A DNA stretch of 64,000 bases from Hyphomicrobium sp. (lineage in GTDB: Bacteria; Pseudomonadota; Alphaproteobacteria; Rhizobiales; Hyphomicrobiaceae): NCBI GenBank assembly GCA_030148425.1, contig JASBTM010000005.1, positions 279,671 through 343,670 of the forward strand, in the 5' to 3' direction. Below are positions 28,809 to 39,289 of this stretch, in pieces. The notes under the pieces were generated by a model. That model worked only from the letters and a program-made list of their open reading frames with translations, made no database searches and was not told the DNA's origin. A program made the position numbers and the translations under genes. The stretch's first letter is position 1. Each line of letters opens with the position of its first letter.

Positions 28809-30167
28809 ATGCCCTTGAGACGCCGACTTCTTGTTCTTGTCGCGCTTGTGCTGGCTCTCTGCCTCGTCGGCGGAGGGGCGCTGACCTATTGGTACGGCCT
28901 GCGCAAAGTCGATCTCGAAATGTCGTCGGCCATCGAAGTCGCGAGAAGCGCGGTCGGGGAAGCACTTTTATCGGTGACGTCGGGAACAGATTCCAGCGCG
29001 CAGGTGCAAAGGATCGTCTCGTCTTTCGACGGCGACCGTCATGTCCTGGCCCGACTTCTCGCTCCCGATGGAAAAGTGATTAGCGCATCGCACCTGGAAC
29101 GGCCGACCGACCCGCCGCCGGAGTGGCTCTACCGGCTTCTCGCGGGCGAGCCGCGGTCGGCGGCATTCGAGCTGCCTGCAGGATTAAAAAAATTCGCGAC
29201 GATCGAGATCTCCGCCGACCCCCACAACGAGGTCGGCGAGGTGTGGGAAGATCTCAAACTCAAGTTCTTGATCGTCGTCAGTTTCTGCGCGGTTGTTCTG
29301 ACGCTGATTTACGCGACGCTCGGGAGAGCCCTGCGCCCACTGGAACAACTGTCGGTCGCGCTGAAACGCGTCGGCGACGGCGATTATACGGCGCACGTAT
29401 CCGAGGACGGGCCTGAAGATCTCAAGGTCATTTACCAAGCCTTCAATCGCATGGCTTTGCAGTTGCAGACGGCGGAGCAGCAGAACCAGCGTTTAAACGA
29501 GCAGCTTTCGACCGTCCAAGAAGAAGAGCGATCGGAAATATCTCGCGATCTTCATGACGACATCGGACCGTTTCTCTTTGCTGCCGACGTCGATGCGCAG
29601 GCCATTCCATTGCTGATATCGCGCAGCGAGTCCGACGAAGTCGTCGAGCGCAGCAAGGCCATTCGCCAATCCGTGCAGCACATGCAGGTACATTTACGCG
29701 CCATCTTGAGCCGGCTCCGCCCTGCCCTTTTTATCGACCAGGGGCTTGCGATCGCAATTGAGCATCTCGTTGCGTTCTGGAAGGCGCGGCGTCCGAACAT
29801 TGTGTTCACGACGGATATCGAGGACGCGCGCTTTCCGACCGGCATCGAGGAAGTCGCATTCCGGATCCTGCAGGAAGGCGCGAGCAATGCCGTTCGGCAT
29901 GGCCGGCCGGCCGCCATCGGACTTGCGGCCCGGCAAACGTCCGACGGCTTGCTGCGGGTTGTCGTATCGGACGATGGCTCTGGCATCGCCGCAGAGGGTA
30001 CGCGCGGGTTCGGACTCGCGGGAATGAAAGAGCGGGTGGCGTCGCTCAATGGGCGACTTCACATCGCCGATCGTGAAGGGGGGAAAGGCGTGATGCTGAT
30101 TGTCGAGATACCGTTACCGAAGAACAAGAAAGAAAATCAACAACCGCTAGCGACGAGTGCAGCATGA
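28809..30167 (+). CDS. HAMP sensor histidine kinase (HisKA_3), MxcQ/MoxY-like
   Basis: Two TM segments, HAMP, EEERSEISRDLHDDIGP, FGLAGMKERV. Confidence 0.88.
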   Translation: MPLRRRLLVLVALVLALCLVGGGALTYWYGLRKVDLEMSSAIEVARSAVGEALLSVTSGTDSSAQVQRIVSSFDGDRHVLARLLAPDGKVISASHLERPTDPPPEWLYRLLAGEPRSAAFELPAGLKKFATIEISADPHNEVGEVWEDLKLKFLIVVSFCAVVLTLIYATLGRALRPLEQLSVALKRVGDGDYTAHVSEDGPEDLKVIYQAFNRMALQLQTAEQQNQRLNEQLSTVQEEERSEISRDLHDDIGPFLFAADVDAQAIPLLISRSESDEVVERSKAIRQSVQHMQVHLRAILSRLRPALFIDQGLAIAIEHLVAFWKARRPNIVFTTDIEDARFPTGIEEVAFRILQEGASNAVRHGRPAAIGLAARQTSDGLLRVVVSDDGSGIAAEGTRGFGLAGMKERVASLNGRLHIADREGGKGVMLIVEIPLPKNKKENQQPLATSAA

Positions 30168-30781
30168 AAATTCTTATCGTCGACGATCACGGTGTCGTTC
30201 GTGAAGGACTGCGAAAGTTGTTCGTCGCGCATTTCGAAGCGGAAGTCCTGGAAACGACAGGCATCGACGATGCCCTCGCAGTTTACGAGCGCGCGCGGCC
30301 GAATGTCGTCGTGCTCGATCTCAATCTCGACGGCGCGGGCGGGCTTGAGGTTCTGCGGCGCATCCTGGCGACCGACAGCGGGGCGCGGGTCGTCGTTTTC
30401 AGTATGCACCACGAGCCAATCTACGCCGTCCGGGCGCTGCGAGGCGGGGCGCGCGGTTATGTCAGCAAAAGTGCGCCGGTCGAGGAGTTGATCGCCGCCA
30501 TCCGCAAAGTCGGCGCAGGGGAGCAATATATTGACCGGGATCTGGCATCGCGGATCGCGGTCAGCCAGATCTCATCAGACGATCCACTGCAATCGCTGTC
30601 CATTCGCGAAGTCGAGATTTTGCGGATGCTGGGCCAAGGCAAGAGCATGACGGCGATTTCGGAGAATCTCGGGATCGCCTACAAGACCGTCGCCAACATC
30701 TGCACTCAGATGAAGGTGAAACTTGGCGTCGACCGCACGGCCGATCTCATCCGGCTCGCAATCGAGACTCTCAAGGCCTGA
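30164..30781 (+). CDS. NarL/LuxR family response regulator, MxcE/MoxX-like
   Basis: LIVDDH, VLDL, FSMH, GYVSKS, C-terminal HTH (YKTVAN). Confidence 0.9.
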   Translation: MKILIVDDHGVVREGLRKLFVAHFEAEVLETTGIDDALAVYERARPNVVVLDLNLDGAGGLEVLRRILATDSGARVVVFSMHHEPIYAVRALRGGARGYVSKSAPVEELIAAIRKVGAGEQYIDRDLASRIAVSQISSDDPLQSLSIREVEILRMLGQGKSMTAISENLGIAYKTVANICTQMKVKLGVDRTADLIRLAIETLKA

Positions 30782-30791
30782 TCGGAATACG

Positions 30792-30820
30792 AAAAAAGGC
30801 GCGGGACATGCCCGCGCCTT
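30792..30820 (-). terminator. Rho-independent terminator
   Basis: aaggcgcggg/cccgcgcctt stem with an A6 tract on the left (U-tract on the minus strand). Confidence 0.75.
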
Positions 30821-30842
30821 GAAACTCGGCTGAGATTTTTTC

Positions 30843-31367
30843 TTACTTCGTGCCGGCGGTCGCTTTGATGTTGTCGAGACCTGCCTTGAAGATGGAGGTG
30901 ATCACGTCACGGGCTTCCTTGTCGGTCTTGCCATCGGCCGGATCGAACACCGCCGACCAGGCGAAGTTAATCTCGTCTTCATCGTCATCGTCGGGCGTCA
31001 GGGCGAATTGTGCCTGATAATTTTTGACGGGCAGCGGGCTTTCGACGATTTCATAGCGATAGAAGTTCGGCTTCACGTCGAGCAGCTTTTCCTTGATTTT
31101 TCCGCCATCCTTGAGCGTCAAAACTCGGAATTTCGCGTCCCCTTCGGTGCTCTCCTCGCAGCTCGCAATGGCTGGATGCCAATCCTTGATCGCGCACCAC
31201 CCTCCGAACTGGGTCCAGAGCCGCGCGCGCTCGTCGTTCATTTTTTTCGGATCGACTTTCAGCTCAAGCTTTTTGCCAACCGCAAGACTTGCGGCGTTGG
31301 CCTGCGTTGCAGCTGCGAGACCACCGGCGACCGCCGCAATGATTGCGAGGCCCGTTGAGACTTTCAT
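30843..31367 (-). CDS. Periplasmic SRPBCC protein, MxaD-like
   Basis: Signal peptide; WHPAI, RVLTLKDGGKIKEKL, YEIVESPLPVKNY, FKAGLDNI. Confidence 0.8.
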   Translation of the reverse strand: MKVSTGLAIIAAVAGGLAAATQANAASLAVGKKLELKVDPKKMNDERARLWTQFGGWCAIKDWHPAIASCEESTEGDAKFRVLTLKDGGKIKEKLLDVKPNFYRYEIVESPLPVKNYQAQFALTPDDDDEDEINFAWSAVFDPADGKTDKEARDVITSIFKAGLDNIKATAGTK

Positions 31368-31508
31368 TGCGTTCACTCCCATTGTTTTTGTCCGTTTTCA
31401 CGCTCTTACGAGAAAAGCGGCCGTAGCCAACTTCACAAGCGCGTTACTTTATTACAATGGGAAAAATTGCGGGACGTCGATTAACGCTCAAGGGCGTTGT
31501 TTGACGAC

Positions 31509-32312
31509 TTAAGCCGCGGCGGGACGGGGGTGTGCCTTGGTATCGAAAAACAGCGCCTGGCTGATGATTGCCATAACCGTGTCGCGCTGGAACGGCTTCG
31601 AAATGAGGAAGGTCGGTTCGGGGCGCTCCCCGGTCAGGACTTTTTCCGGATAGGCCGTGATGAAGATGATCGGCACCTCGCCCTCGGCGACAATTTCTTT
31701 CGCGGCCTCCAGACCGCTGCTGCCGTCCGCAAGCTTGACGTCGGCGAGAATGAGGCCGGGCTTCCTGCGTTTCACGGCGGCGAGCGCTTCGCCCTTGGTC
31801 GTCGCGACTTCCTGCACCGTGTGGCCCAGGCTCGCGACGATCGTTTCGAGATCCATCGCGATCAGCAATTCGTCCTCAATGATGAGAACGTTCGTTGCCA
31901 CCTGATGGGCGATTTCCTGACCTGCGATTTCGAGGAGCTTCTCGACCTCGGACTTGTCGATCTCGAGAATTCCCGCAGTCTCGGCTGAGGTAAAACCCTC
32001 TACTGCGACCAGCAGAAAAGCCTGCCGAGGGAGAGAGCTGATGGAGTTGATCCGCCTCTGCGCCACGACGAGCGAATTCGCGCCATCGTCGCCGTCGTTA
32101 GCATCCAACCGAACGGAGTTCCAAACTCGCAAGAATTGGTGATAGAGCGCCATCCGCGCGGGTATATCGGTCGGGAAATCCGAGGGCGTCGACACCAGGC
32201 TTTCCAACAGCATCGCGACGTAAGCGTCCCCGCTCTGCTGTGCGCCAGTCAACGTGCGTGCGAACCGGCGTAGATATGGCAAATGCACACGGATCGTCTG
32301 CGCAATCGACAT
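31509..32312 (-). CDS. phyR: Anti-anti-sigma response regulator PhyR
   Basis: Sigma-like N-terminus LPYLRRFARTLTGAQQSGDAYV; REC domain with LADGSSG, FITAYPE, GERPEPTFLISKPF. Confidence 0.97.
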   Translation of the reverse strand: MSIAQTIRVHLPYLRRFARTLTGAQQSGDAYVAMLLESLVSTPSDFPTDIPARMALYHQFLRVWNSVRLDANDGDDGANSLVVAQRRINSISSLPRQAFLLVAVEGFTSAETAGILEIDKSEVEKLLEIAGQEIAHQVATNVLIIEDELLIAMDLETIVASLGHTVQEVATTKGEALAAVKRRKPGLILADVKLADGSSGLEAAKEIVAEGEVPIIFITAYPEKVLTGERPEPTFLISKPFQRDTVMAIISQALFFDTKAHPRPAAA

Positions 32313-32414
32313 AGCGATGAACCTCCCATGCCAGCTGGGACGAAACAAATCCCCAGCTGGGGCACGCTTCGAGCCCGCTTAAACTTCGCGACGGCCAATA
32401 TGTACCGAAACAAC

Positions 32415-32440
32415 AACGCCCGGGCGAATAAGATGGTTCC
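32415..32440 (-). promoter_or_regulatory. Sigma-EcfG promoter of phyR
   Basis: Minus strand GGAAC-N17-CGTT. Confidence 0.8.
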
Positions 32441-32445
32441 ATGCA

Positions 32446-32470
32446 GGAACAAATTCTTTCGCGCGGCGTT
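32446..32470 (+). promoter_or_regulatory. Sigma-EcfG promoter of nepR-ecfG
   Basis: GGAAC-aaattctttcgcgcgg(N16)-CGTT. Confidence 0.85.
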
Positions 32471-32557
32471 CGCAGGTGGCCCCCACTGGACAGTCTTACA
32501 GGAGTATGTCGCAATCGGGGCCGGTCGCACTCTTCTCAAAAGGCTCCTAGGTCAGTC

Positions 32558-32797
32558 ATGCAGCACCGCCTCGATACGCCCGAGGATTGCAAGCGAACGG
32601 ATGGCGAATTGCCAGAACCGGAGCGGCAGCCCGAATCGGAGGCCGCTAAACCTCCCGTCGCACAACTTCCCGGATTTGCAGCTCAACTCATCGGCCAGCG
32701 CATGCGGGCCATGTATGACACTATCGCGCAGGAGCCTGTTCCTGAAGACCTCCTTGAACTCATCCGTCAGCTGGAAGCGAAGGAGCGCTCGAAGTGA
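32558..32797 (+). CDS. nepR: Anti-sigma factor NepR
   Basis: IGQRMRAMYDTIAQEPVPEDLLELIRQL; overlaps the ecfG start. Confidence 0.93.
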   Translation: MQHRLDTPEDCKRTDGELPEPERQPESEAAKPPVAQLPGFAAQLIGQRMRAMYDTIAQEPVPEDLLELIRQLEAKERSK

Positions 32798-33336
32798 CGG
32801 CAACGAAGAGCTTCGGGGACGCCTTGATCGAGGCTATCCCAAATCTCAGAGCCTTCGCGCACTCGCTCAGCGGCGACGCACAGCTGTCCAACGACCTTGT
32901 GCAAGAAACCTTGCTTAAGGCCTGGACGCATAAAGATTCCTTCGTTCCCGATTCCAACCTGAAGGCGTGGCTGTTCACAATTTTGCGCAACACCTACTTC
33001 ACGCACTATCGCAAATCCCAGCGCGAGGAGTTGGACGAGGACCACGCGGCGATGAACGCCAGCGTACCGCCGGCGCAGCTGACACATCTTGAATTCGAAG
33101 ACATGCAGCGTGCGCTGATGCGCCTTTCGCCCGACCATCGCGAAGCCTTGCTGCTCATAACGGCCGAAGGTTTTTCCTATGAGGACGCGGCGCGGGTCTG
33201 CGGATGCGCTGTCGGCACGATGAAAAGCCGGGTCAACCGCGCGCGAAGCAAGCTTTTAGAAGAGATGTCGGGTCAGTCCGACGAGGGTGCTCCGGGCGAG
33301 GGCGAAGAACCGTCTAAGAGTTCGTCCGGACTTTGA
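32794..33336 (+). CDS. ecfG: ECF15 general stress sigma factor EcfG
   Basis: IPNLRAFAHSL, DLVQETLLKAW, AWLFTILRN, GTMKSRVNRAR. Confidence 0.96.
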   Translation: MTATKSFGDALIEAIPNLRAFAHSLSGDAQLSNDLVQETLLKAWTHKDSFVPDSNLKAWLFTILRNTYFTHYRKSQREELDEDHAAMNASVPPAQLTHLEFEDMQRALMRLSPDHREALLLITAEGFSYEDAARVCGCAVGTMKSRVNRARSKLLEEMSGQSDEGAPGEGEEPSKSSSGL

Positions 33337-33519
33337 CCGCCCCAGCGGGCCAGCCCATATTTAGCCACCTTGTTCCCTGCTGTTTCACTGACGCCAATCG
33401 CCTCCCGATTGCTGACGCTCATCTCTGGGGTTTCGACGAGAGGTGTTTCGATGCTATCCAGCAGCGCGACGCGGTAAGTTCGCGACGATGGATTATCTCC
33501 GGCCGTCCGCCTCCTTCGG

Positions 33520-33545
33520 GGAACAAATAGCCGGGTGCGCGCGTT
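33520..33545 (+). promoter_or_regulatory. Putative sigma-EcfG promoter of the poly-HAMP kinase operon
   Basis: GGAAC-N17-CGTT about 35 bp upstream of the start codon. Confidence 0.75.
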
Positions 33546-33581
33546 GAATGGGGTTAAGCGAGACCCGAGGGGAGCAGTTTG

Positions 33582-36500
33582 ATGTCGGAGCAGATCAGCG
33601 CTGTCGGATCCGAGAGATACCCGTCGGGTCCGGGCGGCGTGCTCATCGAAATGCTTCAGACGCTCCAGGCCGTTAAAGCAGGTGATTTTACCGTCCGTAT
33701 GCGTGGTGACTGGGACGGCCTCGCGGGCAAGATCGCCGACACGGTAAACGACATTATTATCACCAATCAGCGCATGGCCGACCAGCTTCAGCATGTCGGG
33801 CATGCGGTCGGACGGGAAGGGTTGACCAACCAGCGGGTCAGGCTGGGCCTTGCCCTCGGCGCCTGGGGCGACATGGAGCAATCCGTCAACGGCCTGATCG
33901 ACGATCTTCTCCAACCGACGACGGAAGTGACGCGCACGATCGAAGCCGTGGCGCAGGGCAACTTGCTTCAGCCGATGCGGTTGGACGTCGACGGCCGCCC
34001 CTTGAAGGGCGAGTTCTTGCGATCGGCGACGATCGTCAACACGATGATCAAACAGCTTTCGGTCTTTACGTCGGAAGTGACGCGCGTTGCCCGCGAAGTC
34101 GGTACGGAAGGCAAACTCGGCGGTCAGGCGCAGATCCGCGAAGTGACGGGCGTCTGGAAAGACTTGACCGAGAGCGTCAACTCGATGGCGTCCAACCTCA
34201 CGGGTCAGGTCCGAAATATTGCAGAAGTGACGATTGCCGTTGCGAACGGCGACTTGTCGAAAAAGATTACCGTCGACGTGCGCGGCGAGATCCTGCAGCT
34301 CAAGGAAGCCATTAACACGATGGTGGAACAGCTGCGTTCGTTCGCGGCTGAAGTGACGCGCGTTGCCCGCGAAGTCGGCACCGAGGGCCGCCTCGGCGGA
34401 CAGGCTGTCGTGCCCGGCGTGGGCGGCACTTGGAAAGACTTGACCGACAACGTCAACCTGCTCGCCGCCAACCTCACGACGCAGGTTCGAAACATCGCCG
34501 AAGTCACGACGGCCGTGGCGCGCGGCGACCTCTCGCGCAAGATCACAGTCGACGTCAAAGGCGAAATTCTCGAACTCAAAAACACCATCAACACGATGGT
34601 GGACCAGCTCAATGCCTTCGCGTCGGAAGTGACGCGTGTTGCGCGCGAAGTCGGCACCGAGGGCCGCCTCGGCGGTCAGGCTGCGGTGCCGGGCGTCGCC
34701 GGTACGTGGAAAGACTTGACCGATAACGTCAACTCGATGGCCGGCAACCTGACGGGTCAGGTGCGCAACATCGCCGAAGTCGCGACGGCCATCGCACGCG
34801 GCGACTTGTCGAAGAAGGTGACGGTCAACGTCTCTGGCGAAATCTTGCAGCTGAAGGAGACCATCAACACGATGGTCGATCAGCTCAACGGTTTCGCGGG
34901 CGAGGTCACGCGCGTTGCGCGAGAAGTCGGCACCGAGGGCAAGCTCGGCGGTCAGGCGCAGGTGTCGGGCGTCGCCGGTACATGGAAAGACTTGACCGAT
35001 AGCGTCAACTCGATGGCATCCAACCTCACGACGCAGGTTCGAAACATCGCCGAGGTTTCCGGCGCCATCGCGCGCGGCGACTTGTCGAAGAAAATCGACG
35101 TCGATGTCAAAGGCGAAATTCTCGACCTGAAGACCACCATCAACACGATGGTGGACCAGCTCAATGCCTTCGCCTCAGAAGTGACGCGCGTTGCGCGCGA
35201 AGTCGGCACCGAGGGCAAGCTTGGCGGTCAGGCCCAAGTGTCGGGTGTTGCCGGCACCTGGAAAGACCTCACCGACAACGTGAACTCGATGGCGGGCAAC
35301 CTGACGGGTCAGGTGCGCAACATCGCCGAAGTGACGACGGCCGTGGCGCGCGGCGACCTTTCGCGCAAGATCACGGTCGACGTCAAAGGCGAAATTCTCG
35401 AACTCAAAAACACCATCAACACGATGGTGGACCAGCTCAACGCCTTCGCCTCGGAAGTGACGCGCGTTGCGCGCGAAGTCGGCACAGAGGGCAAGCTTGG
35501 CGGTCAGGCCCAAGTGTCGGGAGTTGCCGGTACCTGGAAAGACCTCACCGACAACGTGAATTTCATGGCCGGAAACTTGACAGCGCAGGTGCGAAACATC
35601 GCCGAAGTCGCGACGGCCATCGCGAGCGGCGACTTGTCGAAGAAGATCACCGTCGACGTGCGCGGCGAGATCTTGCTGCTGAAAGAAACGCTCAACACCA
35701 TGGTCGAGCAGCTGCGTTCGTTCGCTGCCGAAGTGACGCGCGTTGCGCGCGAAGTCGGCACCGAGGGCCGCCTCGGCGGACAGGCCGTCGTGCCCGGCGT
35801 CGGCGGTACATGGAAGGACTTGACCGACAACGTCAACCTCCTCGCCGCCAACCTCACGACGCAGGTTCGAAACATCGCCGAAGTCACGACGGCCGTGGCG
35901 CGCGGCGACCTTTCGCGCAAGATCACGGTCGACGTCAAAGGCGAAATTCTCGAACTCAAAAACACCATCAATACGATGGTCGATCAGCTCAACGCCTTTG
36001 CATCCGAGGTGACGCGTGTTGCGCGCGAAGTCGGCACCGAGGGCCGCCTCGGCGGTCAGGCTGCGGTGCCGGGTGTCGCCGGTACGTGGAAGGACTTGAC
36101 CGACACGGTGAACGTCATGGCCGCAAACCTCACCGAACAGGTGCGCGGCATCGTCAAGGTCGTGACCGCCGTTGCGAACGGCGATCTCAAGCCGAAGCTT
36201 ACCGTAAAATCGAAGGGCGAAGTCGCGGCGCTTGCCGAAACGATCAACGACATGACTGAGACGCTCGCGCTCTTCGCCGATCAGGTGACGACGGTGGCGC
36301 GCGAAGTCGGCGTTGAAGGCCGTCTCGGCGGCCAGGCGAACGTGCCGGGCACGGCGGGCACGTGGAAGGACTTGACCGGCAACGTCAACCTGCTCGCCGC
36401 CAACCTCACGACGCAGGTGCGCGCCATCGCCGAAGTGACGACGGCCGTGGCACGCGGCGACCTTTCGCGTACCATTCAGGTCGAAGCGCGCGGCGAGGTC

Positions 36501-39278
36501 GCCGAACTCAAAGACTACATCAATACGATGATCGGCAACCTGCGTCTCACGACGCAGCTCAACACGGAACAGGACTGGCTGAAGACGAACCTCGCACGGT
36601 TCACCAGCATGTTGCAGGGCCAGCGCGACGTAGCAACCGTTTCGCGCAAACTGCTTTCCGAGCTCGTTCCGCTTATCAATGCGCATCAAGGGGTCATCTA
36701 TCAGTACGATCAGGCGAACACCGAACTGAAGCTTCTCGCGACCTATGCGGGTGATACTCAAGTTCCCTACCCCGAGCGGCTCGAACTCGGCTCGAGCCTC
36801 ATCGGCCAGTGCGCGATCGAAAAACAGCCGCGTGTCCTGACTGATATTCCTGAGCCGACGGGCACCATCGACGCCGTCGTCTTCAAGGCTCCGCCCCGCA
36901 GCGTCATCGTGCATCCGATCACATTCGAGGATCGGATCAAGGCCGTGATTTCGCTCAGCTCACTGCAGAATTTCGAGCCTGCGCAGCTGACCTTCCTCGA
37001 GCAGCTGTCTGTTTCGATCGGCGTCGTGTTGACGAGTATCGAAGCGACCATGCAGACGGAAAGTCTGCTGATGCAGTCGCAGCAGCTCGCCGCCGAGCTG
37101 CAGGATCAGCAAAAGGCCATGCAGAAGACCAACGAAGAGTTGGCGCAGAAGGCGCAGCAGCTCGCCGAACGTAACGTAGAAGTCGAACGAAAGAACGAAG
37201 AAATCGACCAAGCGCGGCGCGCGGTCGAAGAAAAGGCCGCCGAGCTTGCCCTCACCTCGCGCTACAAATCCGAATTCCTCGCTAACATGTCTCACGAGCT
37301 GCGGACGCCGCTCAACAGCATCCTGATCCTCGGCCAGCAGCTGAGCGATAATCCCGATCATAATCTTACGGAAAAGCAGGTGGAATTTGCGCGCACGATC
37401 CACGGCGCCGGAACCGACCTGCTCAATCTGATCAGCGATATCCTCGACCTTTCGAAGATCGAATCCGGCACCGTGTCGGTCGATGCCGAGGAGGTCGCGT
37501 TCGGTGGCTTGATCGAAGCCGTCGCACGGCCGTTCCGGCACGAGGCGGAACGGCGTGGCCTCGACTTCCAGGTCACGTTCGACGCCGATCTCGGCAAGAC
37601 GATCTTCACGGATTCGAAGCGTTTGCAGCAAGTCTTGAAGAACTTGCTGTCGAACGCCTTCAAGTTCACCCGCGAAGGCCACGTCCGGCTGACGGTGAAG
37701 TCTGCCCTGGCAAAATGGAGTTCCGACCACCCGATTCTGTCTACCGCTTCGACCGTCGTTGCGTTCGAGGTTCAGGATTCCGGCATCGGCATCCCTTCCG
37801 ACAAACAGAAGCTCATCTTCGAAGCCTTCCAGCAGGCCGACGCCAGTACGAGCCGCAAGTATGGCGGCACGGGCCTCGGCCTCGCGATCAGCCGCGAGCT
37901 TGCGCACTTGCTCGGCGGTGAAATTCAGTTGACGAGCGAACCGACCGTCGGAAGCGTGTTCACGCTGTTCCTGCCGTTGCGGTATGCATCGCTGGCCAGC
38001 GAAGTCCGGACGAAATCCGATGCGAGCGCTGCCCCAACGGTCGCGCTTTCCCATCCAGGACTTCTGCCCTCGACGATCGACGACGATCGCGACAGCATCG
38101 CGGCCGGCGATGACGTCTTGCTGATCGTGGAAGACGACGCCAACTTCGCGCGAATTCTTCTCGATGCTGCGCATGAAGAAGGATTCAAAGGTATCGTTTG
38201 CCAGCGTGGTGTCGATGCCATGGCGCTCGCGACCGATTACAATCCGACGGCGATATCGCTCGATATCCATTTGCCCGACGTGCTCGGCTGGTCGGTGCTC
38301 AGCCAATTGAAGCATAATCCGCTGACGCGCCATATTCCCGTACAGGTTCTGACGCTCGACGACGACCGCCACCACGGCCTCGCTCGCGGCGCCTATTCGT
38401 TCCTGACCAAGCCGCTGCAAGCGGATCAGCTCAAATCGGCGCTACGCAAGATCAGCACGTTTTCAAATTCGGCGACCAAGCGGCTTCTCATCGTGGAGGA
38501 CGATCCGGCGGAGCGGCTCAGCATCTCCACTCTCATCAAGGATGCCGACGTTGAAATTCTGACCGCTGCTGACGGCGCCTCGGCCATCGACATTCTTGAG
38601 CGCGAGTCCATCGATTGCGTCGTTCTCGATTTGAAATTGCCGGACATGTCCGGGTTTGAAATTCTCGAGCACATGAGCCGCAAGGATGCGATGCGCGACA
38701 TCCCGGTCATCGTCTTCACTGGGCGCGAACTGTCGAGCGACGAAAACTTGCAGATACGCCAATATGCGCGCACAGTTGTCGTTAAAGGCGTGGAATCTCC
38801 TGAGAGGCTTCTCGATGAGACGGCGCTGTTCCTGCATCGCGTCGTCACCGACCTGCCCGCCAAAAAACAAGAGCTGCTTTCACGCCTGCACGACACAGAC
38901 GACTACCTAATTGGCCGCAAAGTTCTTTTGGTCGACGACGACGCGCGCAACATTTTCGCCTTGAGCAGTCTTCTGGAACGCCGAGGCATGGAGGTTTTGA
39001 CGGCGACCACCGGCCTCGAAGCCATCGAGACGCTAAGCACGACGGATGTCTCGATTGTTCTCATGGACATCATGATGCCCGAGATGGATGGTTATCAGAC
39101 GATGCAGAAAATTCGCAGCAGCGAGAAAAACCAGCGTCTGCCGATCATTGCGCTCACGGCCAAGGCCATGAAGGGCGATCGCGAGAAATGCCTGGAGGCG
39201 GGGGCTTCCGACTACCTCGCGAAACCAGTCGATACCGAGCAGCTGTTGTCGGCGCTGCGTATGTGGCTGCACCGGTGA
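33582..39278 (+). CDS. Cytoplasmic poly-HAMP hybrid histidine kinase (HAMP array-GAF-HisKA-HATPase-3xREC)
   Basis: Nine 92-aa AREVGxEG units plus a divergent first unit; [14 protein letters not shown]; YGGTGLGL; three receiver domains; no TM segment. Confidence 0.96.
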   Translation: MSEQISAVGSERYPSGPGGVLIEMLQTLQAVKAGDFTVRMRGDWDGLAGKIADTVNDIIITNQRMADQLQHVGHAVGREGLTNQRVRLGLALGAWGDMEQSVNGLIDDLLQPTTEVTRTIEAVAQGNLLQPMRLDVDGRPLKGEFLRSATIVNTMIKQLSVFTSEVTRVAREVGTEGKLGGQAQIREVTGVWKDLTESVNSMASNLTGQVRNIAEVTIAVANGDLSKKITVDVRGEILQLKEAINTMVEQLRSFAAEVTRVAREVGTEGRLGGQAVVPGVGGTWKDLTDNVNLLAANLTTQVRNIAEVTTAVARGDLSRKITVDVKGEILELKNTINTMVDQLNAFASEVTRVAREVGTEGRLGGQAAVPGVAGTWKDLTDNVNSMAGNLTGQVRNIAEVATAIARGDLSKKVTVNVSGEILQLKETINTMVDQLNGFAGEVTRVAREVGTEGKLGGQAQVSGVAGTWKDLTDSVNSMASNLTTQVRNIAEVSGAIARGDLSKKIDVDVKGEILDLKTTINTMVDQLNAFASEVTRVAREVGTEGKLGGQAQVSGVAGTWKDLTDNVNSMAGNLTGQVRNIAEVTTAVARGDLSRKITVDVKGEILELKNTINTMVDQLNAFASEVTRVAREVGTEGKLGGQAQVSGVAGTWKDLTDNVNFMAGNLTAQVRNIAEVATAIASGDLSKKITVDVRGEILLLKETLNTMVEQLRSFAAEVTRVAREVGTEGRLGGQAVVPGVGGTWKDLTDNVNLLAANLTTQVRNIAEVTTAVARGDLSRKITVDVKGEILELKNTINTMVDQLNAFASEVTRVAREVGTEGRLGGQAAVPGVAGTWKDLTDTVNVMAANLTEQVRGIVKVVTAVANGDLKPKLTVKSKGEVAALAETINDMTETLALFADQVTTVAREVGVEGRLGGQANVPGTAGTWKDLTGNVNLLAANLTTQVRAIAEVTTAVARGDLSRTIQVEARGEVAELKDYINTMIGNLRLTTQLNTEQDWLKTNLARFTSMLQGQRDVATVSRKLLSELVPLINAHQGVIYQYDQANTELKLLATYAGDTQVPYPERLELGSSLIGQCAIEKQPRVLTDIPEPTGTIDAVVFKAPPRSVIVHPITFEDRIKAVISLSSLQNFEPAQLTFLEQLSVSIGVVLTSIEATMQTESLLMQSQQLAAELQDQQKAMQKTNEELAQKAQQLAERNVEVERKNEEIDQARRAVEEKAAELALTSRYKSEFLANMSHELRTPLNSILILGQQLSDNPDHNLTEKQVEFARTIHGAGTDLLNLISDILDLSKIESGTVSVDAEEVAFGGLIEAVARPFRHEAERRGLDFQVTFDADLGKTIFTDSKRLQQVLKNLLSNAFKFTREGHVRLTVKSALAKWSSDHPILSTASTVVAFEVQDSGIGIPSDKQKLIFEAFQQADASTSRKYGGTGLGLAISRELAHLLGGEIQLTSEPTVGSVFTLFLPLRYASLASEVRTKSDASAAPTVALSHPGLLPSTIDDDRDSIAAGDDVLLIVEDDANFARILLDAAHEEGFKGIVCQRGVDAMALATDYNPTAISLDIHLPDVLGWSVLSQLKHNPLTRHIPVQVLTLDDDRHHGLARGAYSFLTKPLQADQLKSALRKISTFSNSATKRLLIVEDDPAERLSISTLIKDADVEILTAADGASAIDILERESIDCVVLDLKLPDMSGFEILEHMSRKDAMRDIPVIVFTGRELSSDENLQIRQYARTVVVKGVESPERLLDETALFLHRVVTDLPAKKQELLSRLHDTDDYLIGRKVLLVDDDARNIFALSSLLERRGMEVLTATTGLEAIETLSTTDVSIVLMDIMMPEMDGYQTMQKIRSSEKNQRLPIIALTAKAMKGDREKCLEAGASDYLAKPVDTEQLLSALRMWLHR
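34089..36560 (+). repeat. Intragenic 276-bp tandem repeat array (HAMP units)
   Basis: Recurring gcgcgaagtcggcaccgagggc...tggaaagacttgaccga... with 276-bp period. Confidence 0.95.
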
Positions 39279-39289
39279 CGAGGGGAAGC

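Noticed and set aside
33333-33530. 65-aa ORF overlapping the ecfG stop codon
   Set aside because: TTG start, no RBS or motif, and it runs into the promoter of the next operon.
34089-36560. Repeat array as a CRISPR or mobile element
   Set aside because: The repeats are in-frame 276-bp coding units with no unique spacers and no cas genes.
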